DNA of 64,000 nucleotides from Bacilli bacterium (lineage in GTDB: Bacteria; Bacillota_I; Bacilli_A; RFN20; CAG-826): NCBI GenBank assembly GCA_900767825.1, contig CAAGAN010000006.1:3952-67951 (forward strand). Reading direction: 5' to 3'. The notes beneath the pieces are model-generated. The model searched no databases, was not told the origin of the DNA, and saw nothing but the letters and a program-made list of their open reading frames with translations. The translations under genes were made by a program, and so were the position numbers. This document shows positions 23,182 through 35,137 of this stretch, in pieces (the first letter of the stretch is position 1; each line of letters starts with the position of its first letter).

Positions 23182-23601
23182 ATGGGACTATTTAAAGAAT
23201 TAAAAGCAGAAAAAATTACCTTGATTGCACTAGGAACAGTATATCTAGTCGGGATAGCTTCTTTTGCTTGCTTCTTCTTTTTAGGTAATCCTGGCTATCC
23301 TCTAGGCTGGATTTTAGGTGGAGGGCTTTCTATTGTTTGCTATTTAAGCATCGTTTATGGAAGTAATGCCATCCTTTTAGGCACCCAAAACAAGAAATTC
23401 GGTACTTCTTTCATCGTATTATTTGGCTTACTCCGTTTAATTCTATTAGGCGGAGCCCTTTTGCTTGCAGGTTATTATACTTATAAGCTTAATTCCAATT
23501 GGCTGAACTTGTGGACTACTTTTGGGGGAATGATTCCTCTAGGAGTAGTTAGCGGAGTTACAGGACTTCTTGCTAATAAGAAAATCAAGGAGGTCAAATA
23601 G
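23182..23601 (+). CDS. atpI: ATP synthase protein I-like small membrane protein
   Basis: 139-aa, 4-TM protein immediately upstream of atpB. Confidence 0.55.
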   Translation: MGLFKELKAEKITLIALGTVYLVGIASFACFFFLGNPGYPLGWILGGGLSIVCYLSIVYGSNAILLGTQNKKFGTSFIVLFGLLRLILLGGALLLAGYYTYKLNSNWLNLWTTFGGMIPLGVVSGVTGLLANKKIKEVK

Positions 23602-23603
23602 GC

Positions 23604-24389
23604 ATGATTACATTAGATATGTCTAATATGTCTTCATATTTTGGCCCTGATTTCTTTGAATTCCATCTTTCTGGACCGGTGATATCTTCTTTGACCATCA
23701 TGGCTATTCTGGCTATTCTTTCTATTATTATAGGAATATTGGCCAAAAGGGCTGATCCTACAAAAGCTCCTAAGGGATTGCTTCTTTTAGTAGATCTATT
23801 CATGGAGAAGATAGTTAACTGGACAAAGGATACGATGGGAAGAGAAAATGTTGGCAACTGGCCAGCTTATTTCTTCTGCTTGACTTCTTATCTATTTATA
23901 TCTTTTATCTGGTCTTTGACTGGATTCCCTTCGGTCATTGATTATCTATTGATGCCGTTTACTTTGGCTTTGGTAATGTTTGTTCTAATCCACGTTACGG
24001 CGATTAGGTATCAGAAATGGAGTTATTTCCATCGTTATATCGAGCCACTTAAGATTTGGCTGCCAATCAATTTGGTAACAATGTGGACCCCAATCATCTC
24101 TACTTCGTTGCGTATGTTTGGCAATTGCCTTTCCGGGTCAGTTGTCTTAGGCATATTAAGCTGGGCTTTAAGAAAAGCCTCTTTAGCTATATTTGGCTTT
24201 ATGGGTAGCTGGGGACAAGTATTCCTTGCTCCTATTCCATTAGCCATCTTAAATCTTTATTTCAGTCTCTTCTCTGGCTTTATCCAGACTCTTGTATTCG
24301 CTTCCTTAAATGCCGTATGGATTTCGCAAGAAATGCCTGATGAAGAAGCAATGGGTGTCTTATCCCAAGCTAGCAGAGGAGAAAATTAA
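23604..24389 (+). CDS. atpB: F0 subunit a
   Basis: SLRMFGNCLSG (conserved Arg), polytopic, correct operon position. Confidence 0.9.
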   Translation: MITLDMSNMSSYFGPDFFEFHLSGPVISSLTIMAILAILSIIIGILAKRADPTKAPKGLLLLVDLFMEKIVNWTKDTMGRENVGNWPAYFFCLTSYLFISFIWSLTGFPSVIDYLLMPFTLALVMFVLIHVTAIRYQKWSYFHRYIEPLKIWLPINLVTMWTPIISTSLRMFGNCLSGSVVLGILSWALRKASLAIFGFMGSWGQVFLAPIPLAILNLYFSLFSGFIQTLVFASLNAVWISQEMPDEEAMGVLSQASRGEN

Positions 24390-24406
24390 CCCATAGGAGG
24401 TAATTT

Positions 24407-24673
24407 ATGGGACTATTACAATCTATCTTGCCAGTATTAGCAGATGCTAGCCAAGCTGGGCTAATTGCAATCGGAGCCGGACTTGCCGTTTGCTTTGGTA
24501 CATTCTCCGCTATCGGTGAATCCTTGATTTGCTGCCATGCAATAGACGGCATGGTCAGAAATCCAGAAATGTCAAAGCAATTACGTTCTACCATGATCCT
24601 TGCTGTCGCTCTTGATGAATCTACTGGTATCTATGCCCTTATTGTTGCCATATTGATTATATTCGTATTATAA
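24407..24673 (+). CDS. atpE: F0 subunit c
   Basis: Helical hairpin with an RNPE loop. Ion-site residues E38 and E71-S72-T73..Y76. Confidence 0.9.
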   Translation: MGLLQSILPVLADASQAGLIAIGAGLAVCFGTFSAIGESLICCHAIDGMVRNPEMSKQLRSTMILAVALDESTGIYALIVAILIIFVL

Positions 24674-24674
24674 A

Positions 24675-25262
24675 ATGACTAATTTAGTTTTGCTTTATAT
24701 TGCTAGGGTATACGAAGATTCTTCTACTGTGCCTTCTTCTCCTTTTGATAGGGATTCTTTTACTGCAAAGCTTTTTCCTAACGGCATCTATGATTTTGTA
24801 ATCCAGGTTGCCGCCTTTATTATCCTCATATTACTTATGTTTTTCTTTGCCTATAAGCCAATAAGGGCCTATATGAAGAAAAGACATGATTATATCGATA
24901 ATGAACTAAAAGAAGCAGAAGCCAAGAAAAAAGAAGCAATCAACGCTAGCAATCGCAAAGAGGAACTAATCCAGGAAGGCAAAGACGAGGCTAAACGCAT
25001 TGTATCTTTAGCTAAAGCCGATGCCGAGAATTATAAAGTAAAGGCAATAGAAGACGCTAATAACGAAATTGCAAGAAAACGCAAAGAAGCTGATGAAGAT
25101 ATTGCCCTTGCCAAAGAAAAATCTATTGTAGAAGCAAACAAGGAAATCGTTAATTTGACCCTTCAAGCCTCTTCTAAGTTACTAGAAAGAAGTGTTAACG
25201 AAGATGATGACAAGAAATTTGTCGATGATTTCGTTAAGAAAATGAAAGGCGAGAATAAATGA
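24675..25262 (+). CDS. atpF: F0 subunit b
   Basis: Single TM then a long charged helix. Correct operon position. Confidence 0.85.
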   Translation: MTNLVLLYIARVYEDSSTVPSSPFDRDSFTAKLFPNGIYDFVIQVAAFIILILLMFFFAYKPIRAYMKKRHDYIDNELKEAEAKKKEAINASNRKEELIQEGKDEAKRIVSLAKADAENYKVKAIEDANNEIARKRKEADEDIALAKEKSIVEANKEIVNLTLQASSKLLERSVNEDDDKKFVDDFVKKMKGENK

Positions 25263-25807
25263 AAGACGCGACTAGGGTAGGGTTTGCCTCCGCTTTATAT
25301 TCTCTAACTAAAAAAGAGGATTTAAAAAGTGCAGATAATGCATTGGATGAAGTTTCGCTTTTATTAGAAAAAGTGCCTGATTTCAAGAAGTTTTTGCTTA
25401 GTTATGATGTTTCTTATGAAAATAAGAAGGAAGTAATTACGAATACTTTTTCGTCCTGGAACATCCCTAATCTAGTTCCTTTCCTTTGCCTAATTGCTAA
25501 ATACCATGGATATGATGACTATTCTAAGATAGTCGAATTATTCCATGTTTATTCAGATACTGCCTTAGGCATTACTAGGGGAATTGTATTCTCTAGATTC
25601 CCATTAGATAAAGTTGACTTAGAGAAAATAGAATCTTCTTTTGAAGATAAATACAAGAAAGTAAAGCTCAAGAATATCATCGATTATTCTCTAATTGGGG
25701 GAATTAAGGTTACTCTAGATGGGAAAGTCTATGATTATTCGCTTAAAAATAGGCTCGATAGCCTTGGAGCAAAGTTATTAAGTGGAGGTAATTCCGATGA
25801 AAATTGA
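25259..25807 (+). CDS. atpH: F1 subunit delta (OSCP)
   Basis: 182 aa, located between atpF and atpA. Divergent sequence. Confidence 0.8.
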   Translation: MKDATRVGFASALYSLTKKEDLKSADNALDEVSLLLEKVPDFKKFLLSYDVSYENKKEVITNTFSSWNIPNLVPFLCLIAKYHGYDDYSKIVELFHVYSDTALGITRGIVFSRFPLDKVDLEKIESSFEDKYKKVKLKNIIDYSLIGGIKVTLDGKVYDYSLKNRLDSLGAKLLSGGNSDEN

Positions 25808-27296
25808 TTCTAATGCGATTGCAGCATTGCTTAAAAGCCAGATAGAACATTTTTCTTCTAGTATCGATGAAAATGAAACTGGTACAGTAATTTCAGTTGG
25901 CGATGGAATTGCCACGATTTATGGGCTTAATAATGTCATGCTTGGTGAACTCCTTTTGTTCCCAAATGATGTCTATGGCATGGCGATGAACCTTGATGAA
26001 GAAGATGTCGGGGCAGTTTTATTTGGCCAAGATATCAATATTGAAGAAGGAGATAATGTTAGACGTACTGGCAAAGTTGTCGAAGTCGGCGTCGGGGATG
26101 AAGTATTAGGAAGAGTCATTTCATCTTTAGGCCTCCCTCTAGATGAAAAAGGACCAATTAATTACAAGAAGACTAGGCCGATCGAAAGAATTGCCCCTGG
26201 GGTCATGAAGCGTCAATCCGTATCAACTCCATTAGTAACTGGAATCAAGGCAATTGATGCGATGATTCCAATAGGCAGGGGACAAAGAGAACTTATAATT
26301 GGCGATAGGCAGACTGGTAAGACTGCAATTGCTCTTGATACCATCATTTCCCAAAAAGGAAAAGGAGTAAAGTGCGTCTATTGCGCGATCGGGCAAAAGA
26401 ATTCTTCAGTTGCCTCGATTGCTTCTAAGCTAACTGAATTAGGTTGCAAAGATTATGTAACTATAGTCTCTTCAAGTGCTTCTGAAAGCGCTCCTTTACA
26501 ATATATTGCCCCATTTTCTGCGATGGCTATTGCAGAAGAATGGATGGAAAAAGGAGAGGACGTATTAGTTATATTTGATGATTTATCTAAGCATGCCGTT
26601 GCCTATAGAACCTTATCCTTATTATTAAAGAGATCCCCAGGAAGAGAAGCTTATCCTGGTGATATCTTCTATTTGCATTCTAGATTACTAGAAAGGGCAT
26701 GCCGTCTATCTAAAGAATATGGAGGGGGTTCAATAACTGCTCTTCCAATTGTTGAGACTCAGGCTGGAGATATTTCAGCCTATATTCCTACAAATATCAT
26801 CTCCATTACCGATGGACAGATATTCCTTGTAACCGATTATTTCAATGCTGGGCAAAGACCTGCTATCGATTCAGGCTTCTCTGTATCTAGAGTTGGCTCA
26901 AGTGCCCAGACTAAGGCCATGAAGCAAGTTGCATCTTCCCTCAAGATTGAATTAGCTTCATATAGGGAAATGCTTTCATTTGCCCAGTTTGGATCTGATC
27001 TAGATGCTGCTACTAAAAAGATTCTTACCCATGGGGCAGTTTTAATGGAGACATTAAAGCAAAAGCAATATAACCCATATCCACTTGAAATGCAGATATT
27101 AGAATTATTTGCAGTCAAGAAAGGATATTTTGATGACGTTAAGGTAGAGGAAATATCCTCTAAATTAGCTGAACTCGATGAATTTGTTTCTTCTAGACAT
27201 AAGGAAGTCTTGGATAGATTTGCCTTGGGCACTGCCTTAAGCGAAGAAGAAAACAAACATGTAGATGATGTAATAAAGGAATTCTTGGCAAAATAA
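25797..27296 (+). CDS. atpA: F1 subunit alpha
   Basis: GDRQTGKT Walker A. The ATG at 25797 has a GGAGG 8 nt upstream (the ORF-track GTG at 25782 is less likely). Confidence 0.95.
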   Translation: MKIDSNAIAALLKSQIEHFSSSIDENETGTVISVGDGIATIYGLNNVMLGELLLFPNDVYGMAMNLDEEDVGAVLFGQDINIEEGDNVRRTGKVVEVGVGDEVLGRVISSLGLPLDEKGPINYKKTRPIERIAPGVMKRQSVSTPLVTGIKAIDAMIPIGRGQRELIIGDRQTGKTAIALDTIISQKGKGVKCVYCAIGQKNSSVASIASKLTELGCKDYVTIVSSSASESAPLQYIAPFSAMAIAEEWMEKGEDVLVIFDDLSKHAVAYRTLSLLLKRSPGREAYPGDIFYLHSRLLERACRLSKEYGGGSITALPIVETQAGDISAYIPTNIISITDGQIFLVTDYFNAGQRPAIDSGFSVSRVGSSAQTKAMKQVASSLKIELASYREMLSFAQFGSDLDAATKKILTHGAVLMETLKQKQYNPYPLEMQILELFAVKKGYFDDVKVEEISSKLAELDEFVSSRHKEVLDRFALGTALSEEENKHVDDVIKEFLAK

Positions 27297-27297
27297 A

Positions 27298-28143
27298 ATG
27301 AGCGGAAACCTAACTAAGACAAAAAGAAGGATAGCCTCTGTTACATCTACCCAAAAGATAACAAAGGCCATGGGCATGATTGCTTCTGTTAAGACTAAGC
27401 GTAACAAAGATTTGTTTGACGCTTCCTCTTTATCAAGCAAGAAATGCTTTTCCATTTGCTCTTATTTGTTTTCTGCCTGCAAGAAATCCCCATATTTTAT
27501 AAAAGAAAACGAAGGGGATAAGTGTTTATATATTGTTATTACTTCTGATTTAGGATTATGTGGGGGATATAATAGCAACCTCTTCCGTCATTTTGATCCT
27601 ATATATAAGCAAGAAGATGAATTGATCGTCTTTGGTAACAAAGGCAAATCACATTACCATAAGGAAAAAGGATTTAACCACTCATCTATTTTAATTGATC
27701 CAAGCCTAGATATAAGCTTAAAGGAACTAACTGCTTTTGCTTCAAAATTACTAGAAGCCTATAAGGATAAAAAGTATTCATCTATAAAATTGGTGCATAC
27801 TAGGTATCTTAATTCGCTTAGTTTCCTTCCAACTATAACTACAATTCTACCAATGGAAGTAATTAAGGACGAATCTAATCCTAATGCCCTTCCTCCTTTA
27901 GTTGAACCAACTCCAGAAGAATTATTAAACCAAATAATCCCTTTGGTAATCGGTTATCAATTAAAAGAAGGATTAGATGAATCTAAATTAGCAGAGCAAT
28001 CAAGTAGAAGGAATGCGATGGATGCTGCAAATGATAATGCAGATGAATTGCTTAATAATCTAAAGATTGAATATAACAAAGCTAGACAGACCTCAATCAC
28101 CCAAGAAATTGTCGAGGTTGTATCAGGAAGCGTAAACGCATAA
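27298..28143 (+). CDS. atpG: F1 subunit gamma
   Basis: ITKAMGMIASVK N-terminus and RQTSITQEIVEVVSG C-terminus. Confidence 0.9.
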   Translation: MSGNLTKTKRRIASVTSTQKITKAMGMIASVKTKRNKDLFDASSLSSKKCFSICSYLFSACKKSPYFIKENEGDKCLYIVITSDLGLCGGYNSNLFRHFDPIYKQEDELIVFGNKGKSHYHKEKGFNHSSILIDPSLDISLKELTAFASKLLEAYKDKKYSSIKLVHTRYLNSLSFLPTITTILPMEVIKDESNPNALPPLVEPTPEELLNQIIPLVIGYQLKEGLDESKLAEQSSRRNAMDAANDNADELLNNLKIEYNKARQTSITQEIVEVVSGSVNA

Positions 28144-29564
<1,421 letters not shown>

Positions 29565-29565
<1 letters not shown>

Positions 29566-29984
29566 TGCTAATTAGATTGGTCTTGCTTTCAGGAAATGGG
29601 ATTGCCTTTGAAAAGGAATGCGAGAGATTTGTCGTTCCTTCTTTTAAAGGCGACATGGAAGTATCTCCAGGTTATATTCCTATTATTGAAGGACTAGATA
29701 AAGTTGGCATCGTTAGGGTATATACTCCCGAAAAGCCTTATTATTTTGTTATATTTGATGGGGTATTAAGTGTAGAGAAAAGCGGTGCTTTTATTGTTGC
29801 ATCTTCTATTGAAGAAGCTTCTAGCATTGATTTAGCTAGGGCAAATAACGCGAAAGATAGAGCAGAAAAGCGTCTAGCCTCTAAACAAGAAAACATCGAT
29901 ATAACTAGAGCCCAAGCTGCTTTAAATAGGGCCTTAGTTAGAATCAGGGCCAAAAAGCTATTCTTAGGTGAAAAGCCTTATTAA
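29565..29984 (+). CDS. atpC: F1 subunit epsilon
   Basis: 139 aa, last gene of the operon, beta-sandwich plus helical hairpin pattern. Confidence 0.85.
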
Positions 29985-30100
29985 AACTATAATTTTGAAT
30001 TTCTTTATTTGGATAAGTGCTTTTATTTTCTTTTTGAAAACGATTCCTGATTGAATATATAAAATCTAAATATAAAATAGTTTCCTTGGAGGGAAAAAGT

Positions 30101-31324
30101 ATGAATTTTGTATTTATTTCGCCGAATTTCCCAGTTAGATATTTCAAGTGGGTTGAATCTTTAAAAAATAGGGGAGTCAATGTATTAGGTATTGGAGATT
30201 CTCCTTATGGGGATTGTCATCCAAGATTATTATCATCCTTAAAAGAATATTATTTTGTAAAGGACCTTTCTAATTTTGAAGACATGGTCAGGGCTATATC
30301 ATATTTCCAAACTAAATATGGTCATATCGATTATATTGAATCCGATAATGAGTGGTGGCTTTCTTTGGATGCTAGATTAAGAGAACACTTCCATGTAGAT
30401 ACAGGCTTCTATCCTAGTGACATGCTTAAGATAAAAGCCAAATCCGAGATGAAGCAATATTTCAATATGGGTGGGGCTAAAACAATGAGATATATCCTAG
30501 TAGATGGGATAAATGATCTAGATAAGGCCTTAGCATTTGCGAAAGAAGTGGATTATCCTGTATTTGTTAAGCCAAATATTGGGGTGGGTGCATCAGATTC
30601 ATTCAAATTGAATAATGAAGAAGAAGTAAGGAAATTCCTTTCTTCTAAATTAGAAGAGACATATATCATGGAAGAATATGTCGATGGATTTATAGTTAGC
30701 TTTGATGGAATATGCGATTCTAATTCAAATGTCGTATTCGCGACTACCGATCACTTCATGACTCCTATTGCAGAAGTAGTAAATGAGAATGAAGACTATT
30801 ATTACTATAACAATCCATTCTCCTTGCCTTTCTTTGATATCGATAAAGAAAAATTCCTTGAAGTTGGTAAAGGTGTAGTAAAAGCCTTTGGAATAAAGAA
30901 AAGAGTATTCCATATTGAATTCTTCGTATTGAATAAAGATAAGGAAGGATTAGCCAAGAAGGGTGAATTTGTTGCTCTAGAATGTAACATGAGGCCAGCT
31001 GGAGGATATACTCCTGATTTAATTGACTACGCGAATTCAGTTTCTTTATATGATATCTATGCCGATGTAATTTGCTATGATGAAAACAAAGAAGACATGA
31101 ATAAGACTAAGTATTACGCCTTTGCTAGCGCTAGACGTGATGGTGCTAATTATGTACATAGCGAGTCTGAAATATTATCTACCTATAAAAACCAATTATG
31201 CATGCATGGCAGATATCCTGCTAATCTAGCTAGGGCAATGGGTGATTTGTTCTATTATGCTAAATTCACTTCTTTTAAAGAAGGAAAGAAATTTGATACA
31301 TTTGTCAGGCAACGTAATAAGTAG
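30101..31324 (+). CDS. ATP-grasp domain protein (carboxylate-amine ligase-like)
   Basis: The ATG at 30101 has a GGAGGG RBS. ATP-grasp-like blocks YPVFVKPNIGVGASD and HIEFF...LECNMRPAGG. Confidence 0.7.
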   Translation: MNFVFISPNFPVRYFKWVESLKNRGVNVLGIGDSPYGDCHPRLLSSLKEYYFVKDLSNFEDMVRAISYFQTKYGHIDYIESDNEWWLSLDARLREHFHVDTGFYPSDMLKIKAKSEMKQYFNMGGAKTMRYILVDGINDLDKALAFAKEVDYPVFVKPNIGVGASDSFKLNNEEEVRKFLSSKLEETYIMEEYVDGFIVSFDGICDSNSNVVFATTDHFMTPIAEVVNENEDYYYYNNPFSLPFFDIDKEKFLEVGKGVVKAFGIKKRVFHIEFFVLNKDKEGLAKKGEFVALECNMRPAGGYTPDLIDYANSVSLYDIYADVICYDENKEDMNKTKYYAFASARRDGANYVHSESEILSTYKNQLCMHGRYPANLARAMGDLFYYAKFTSFKEGKKFDTFVRQRNK

Positions 31325-32099
31325 AGATTGATCCTTCCATTTCATCCTTGGAAGGATTTTTTATATTCCCATTTTCTTTTATTAATAAAGAATAATCAGT
31401 AACGCTAATGTTAAATCTATTTTGTATTTCTATTTCACTTAGATTAGTAACATCAAATAGATAAGTATCCTTATTTGATTTATTTGCCTTTTCTAAAATG
31501 GAAGAATAATAAATGGATGGTATATCGTTTTTATATAGAAGATATAATCCATCATTAGAAAAATCTAGATTAATTGAAGAAGTATAGATATTAGTTAAAT
31601 TGATATATGTCCCGATTGTTTTAGTTAATTTTTCTTCATCAAAATAAGTTCCGGTTAAATCAATTTTACTTCCCTTATCCTTACTTAATAAATATAAAGT
31701 AGGAGTAGCTAATCTAGAAAATAATTCCTCTCCATAATCTAGATTGCTTTTAAGTTGCTCTACTCCGCTTCTAATGCCCATATCTATAAAGGCATTGATT
31801 CTAATTTGGAATCTATTGACCATTCCCATGAAAGTAGGTTCAAGATCTTTGCAGTGATCGCAGCTAGTTTGATGCAAGAATAGCAACACGTCCTCATTAT
31901 TTTTTAATCTAGAAGCTATTTGGTTTCCATCTTCATAGATAAGTCCAGTTTCATAATTAGTCCCATTTATATCTAGATTCCTATTTATATTCGCCTTATT
32001 AATATCATTAATAGAAAAGGAATAGGAATAATTTTGGTTAGAACAAGAACCTAATAAAGATAATAATGGAATGATATATAAATAGTTTTTGATTTTCAT
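31305..32099 (-). CDS. Lipoprotein with a thioredoxin-like CxxC domain
   Basis: Signal/lipobox IIPLLSLLGSCS. Motif HQTSCDHCKDLEP. Confidence 0.65.
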   Translation of the reverse strand: MKIKNYLYIIPLLSLLGSCSNQNYSYSFSINDINKANINRNLDINGTNYETGLIYEDGNQIASRLKNNEDVLLFLHQTSCDHCKDLEPTFMGMVNRFQIRINAFIDMGIRSGVEQLKSNLDYGEELFSRLATPTLYLLSKDKGSKIDLTGTYFDEEKLTKTIGTYINLTNIYTSSINLDFSNDGLYLLYKNDIPSIYYSSILEKANKSNKDTYLFDVTNLSEIEIQNRFNISVTDYSLLIKENGNIKNPSKDEMEGSISTYYVA

Positions 32100-32140
32100 A
32101 ACGCGCGATACTATATTAAACTAGATACGAAAATTGTGTT

Positions 32141-33868
32141 ATGAAAAAGTCTAAAGAAGGGAAGAAAAGTTTATATTGGCTATTTTTTTCTTTGTTTTGT
32201 TTTACTTCGGTTTTGATTCTTATTGAATCTTGCCTTCCTTCTTATGTTTCTTCTATTCAAAGTGATTCGATTGGAGATATAGTCGTAGGTCTAATTAATT
32301 CTTGGACTACCCCAAAAGAGAAGACACCTGTATATGCTTCTAATATTTCTTTTTCTTATCCTCAAGACAAAAATCTTTTACAAGAAAAGGAAGCAATTAT
32401 AGGTACGACTAAATTAATTAATTACAAACTAGATTTCCCTGAAATAGATAAAAAAAGACAAGAGAAGCATTATGATGATTTAAATTGCTTTGTCTCCAAA
32501 GGGGATAAAAATGGATTACAGATGATATTTAGTCCAAACTCATCAACTGGTTCGCTTAGAATTATCCCTTTAAAAGAAGATAATTACGAGATTACTTTTA
32601 AATCTAATAATTTCTCCAAATCCATTTCATTTAGTTCAATTGGAAACAAGGCGATAACTAACGATATGGTTTCTTATTTTGGGGAAGAAGTAATAGAAAT
32701 TAATGATGGACTGCCTAGCCAAATCAAATATAGCTATTCTTTATTAAATAGTTCAAAGAAAGAATATGATTATTCATATTTAATGAGATTCTTTAAGGAA
32801 TCAAATAATTGTTTCTCTTCTTCTAATGAAGATATATTCAAGATAGACTGCAATTATATTGTTCCTATTTCAGTTGGTGAAGCTTCTTTATTATTAAACG
32901 AAAAAGAAGTATCTAAAATAAAGGTTAATTCAGTTGCGACTTTTGTCTCTTCGACTCCTATAGTAGAAAGTAAGGATTTACATCCGTTAGATTACGATTT
33001 TATTGATGAATGTGGAATTGATTTGCCGTTTGATTATCCTATAACTTATTCATCTAGCAATCCTTTAATTGGCAAGGTATTGAATAGCTATTATAAGAAA
33101 AATAATGGGGACGTATATGAATTAATTAGGCCAAAAGTATTTGGATATAGAGATTTAGGAGAAGTAAAAATAACTGGTAGATTTATTGGGGCTAATTCTA
33201 GTTTTGATATTAATCTAATCTCAAAAGAATTAAAGGCTACTTCGTTTGAATTATCTCCAACCGTCAATAATTCTAAAGTCGATTTTACTAATCATGAATT
33301 TGTCGCAGGGGATCTAGTCTATTTAAATCCAATATTCAATCCAAAAAATGCTAGCCAAGGCAAGATTCATCTCGAAGGTAATAATATTGAAATATATAAT
33401 AACGACACCTCTTACCCATCTTTCAAAATAAATAAGGCAGGGGAGATAAATATAGTTGTCTCCATGGGCGAATTTAAAAAAGAGCACAAATTAAAATCAA
33501 TCGAAGCCCCAACCATTACAAAAGAAGATGAAGCAAAAGTCCATTATTCACTTAGAAAGATATTAGGCCATTTCCTTTTATTCGGATTTGAAGGCATATT
33601 TGCTTCTATTACTTTATATTTATCTTCCTTTAAAACTAAGAAAGACAAATATTATATATATCCATGTGTAGTTCTATTCGGCTTCTTTATTGCTTTATTA
33701 TCTGAATCGTTCCAGGCTATACCTGCATTAAGAAGAGGTCCATCCATAATCGACGCTAGCATCGATTATGCAGGTTATTTATCTGGATTTTTACTTGTAA
33801 CAGTTATATACCTATTGAGCCTATTCATTAGGAAAGTAAATGAAAAAAGAAAAACTAAGAATATCTGA
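32141..33868 (+). CDS. Membrane protein: N-terminal TM, large extracytoplasmic beta-rich region, C-terminal VanZ-like TM domain
   Basis: TM near aa 12-30. C-terminus RKILGHFLLFGFEGIFASITLYL...ALLSESFQA resembles VanZ. Confidence 0.6.
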   Translation: MKKSKEGKKSLYWLFFSLFCFTSVLILIESCLPSYVSSIQSDSIGDIVVGLINSWTTPKEKTPVYASNISFSYPQDKNLLQEKEAIIGTTKLINYKLDFPEIDKKRQEKHYDDLNCFVSKGDKNGLQMIFSPNSSTGSLRIIPLKEDNYEITFKSNNFSKSISFSSIGNKAITNDMVSYFGEEVIEINDGLPSQIKYSYSLLNSSKKEYDYSYLMRFFKESNNCFSSSNEDIFKIDCNYIVPISVGEASLLLNEKEVSKIKVNSVATFVSSTPIVESKDLHPLDYDFIDECGIDLPFDYPITYSSSNPLIGKVLNSYYKKNNGDVYELIRPKVFGYRDLGEVKITGRFIGANSSFDINLISKELKATSFELSPTVNNSKVDFTNHEFVAGDLVYLNPIFNPKNASQGKIHLEGNNIEIYNNDTSYPSFKINKAGEINIVVSMGEFKKEHKLKSIEAPTITKEDEAKVHYSLRKILGHFLLFGFEGIFASITLYLSSFKTKKDKYYIYPCVVLFGFFIALLSESFQAIPALRRGPSIIDASIDYAGYLSGFLLVTVIYLLSLFIRKVNEKRKTKNI

Positions 33869-34367
33869 TTTATCTTCCTTAACCTATGGTAAAGAAGGAG
33901 AAGAAAAATATAACGCCCTTGTTGAGATTCTAGGGGAAGAGGTTTTATCTAACCCAACATACCTAAAGAATAAGGAATTAATTCAACACGGATGCTCTTC
34001 TATCTATGAACATTGCCACAATGTTGCGCTTGAATCACTTAAGATTGTGGCTAGATTTAACATTAAATGCGATATCAAATCATTAGTAAGAGGCGCTCTT
34101 CTGCATGATTATTTCCTTTATGATTGGCATGATAAGAAAAATAGATTGCCCCATCATGCCTATAAACATCCTATATATGCCTTAAGCAATGCCAAAAAGG
34201 ATTTTGATATCTCTAAAACTGAAGCCAACATTATTGCTTCGCATATGTTCCCTCTTTGTTTTGTATTGCCTAGATGCAAAGAAGCTTTAATTGTTTCTTT
34301 TGCAGACAAGATATCGACTTTAAAAGAAAGAAAACTTTATAAGAAGAAATCCAAATTATCTAAGTAA
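33840..34367 (+). CDS. HD-domain phosphohydrolase
   Basis: HCHNVA and GALLHDYFLYDWHD motifs. Confidence 0.7.
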   Translation: MKKEKLRISDLSSLTYGKEGEEKYNALVEILGEEVLSNPTYLKNKELIQHGCSSIYEHCHNVALESLKIVARFNIKCDIKSLVRGALLHDYFLYDWHDKKNRLPHHAYKHPIYALSNAKKDFDISKTEANIIASHMFPLCFVLPRCKEALIVSFADKISTLKERKLYKKKSKLSK

Positions 34368-35137
34368 TATGCTTTCTTGCTATTTGCAATTTCAAGGAAA
34401 TTAGTTAAAGAAGTTTCTTTATATCTAGATAAGGCCCAATAATACCAAAGGATATCTAGAAACGGGATTAATGCATATATGTCCCTTATTTCTTTTTCAT
34501 CTAAATCGAATTGATCAAGGAAATAGGAAATCATTTCTTTGTTTAAGGCATTCTCTTCAATTAGGGATGCCAAATCAAAATAATATGAATTGATTGATGC
34601 GAATTCAAAATCAATTAGATAGGCTCTATTTTCGTCTATTAGGATGTTGCCACTCCAAAGATCATTATGGGAAATGACTTGTTTAGAGGAATTAATTATA
34701 TTGATTGCCTTTCTTACAATTTGCTTTTCTTCTTTAAATGGAGATTCGATATCTTTCTTATAAAAAGATAACCTTTGCATCAAGTTAAATTCATCCTGAT
34801 TATCAAAAATAGGCAGGTCGTGTAGTTCTTTTATGACATTCGCTACCTTAATGATGTCTTCTTTATTGTTCTTATCAAATTCTCTACTCTTTATAAATTC
34901 TTCAACCTTATTCCCGTTTTCATCAAAATAAAATAAAGTAGGAGCAATTCTATTTCCTTTTAGGCTTTTATAGATATTAAATTCAGCTTCAGGCAAATTA
35001 AAATTTTTATCAACTTCATTGATTATTTTCTTTCTAATCAATAATTCATTGGAGGCGTATATTTGATTTGATGTCCCTGTAGTTAATTTACCAAAGGAAG
35101 CAGGAGCGTTATCAATTAAGGATTTATAATCATTCAT
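34337..35137 (-). CDS. Choline/ethanolamine-kinase / APH-family phosphotransferase
   Basis: Brenner motif ISHNDLWSGNILID and LIDFEFA. Confidence 0.75.
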   Translation of the reverse strand: MNDYKSLIDNAPASFGKLTTGTSNQIYASNELLIRKKIINEVDKNFNLPEAEFNIYKSLKGNRIAPTLFYFDENGNKVEEFIKSREFDKNNKEDIIKVANVIKELHDLPIFDNQDEFNLMQRLSFYKKDIESPFKEEKQIVRKAINIINSSKQVISHNDLWSGNILIDENRAYLIDFEFASINSYYFDLASLIEENALNKEMISYFLDQFDLDEKEIRDIYALIPFLDILWYYWALSRYKETSLTNFLEIANSKKAYYLDNLDFFL

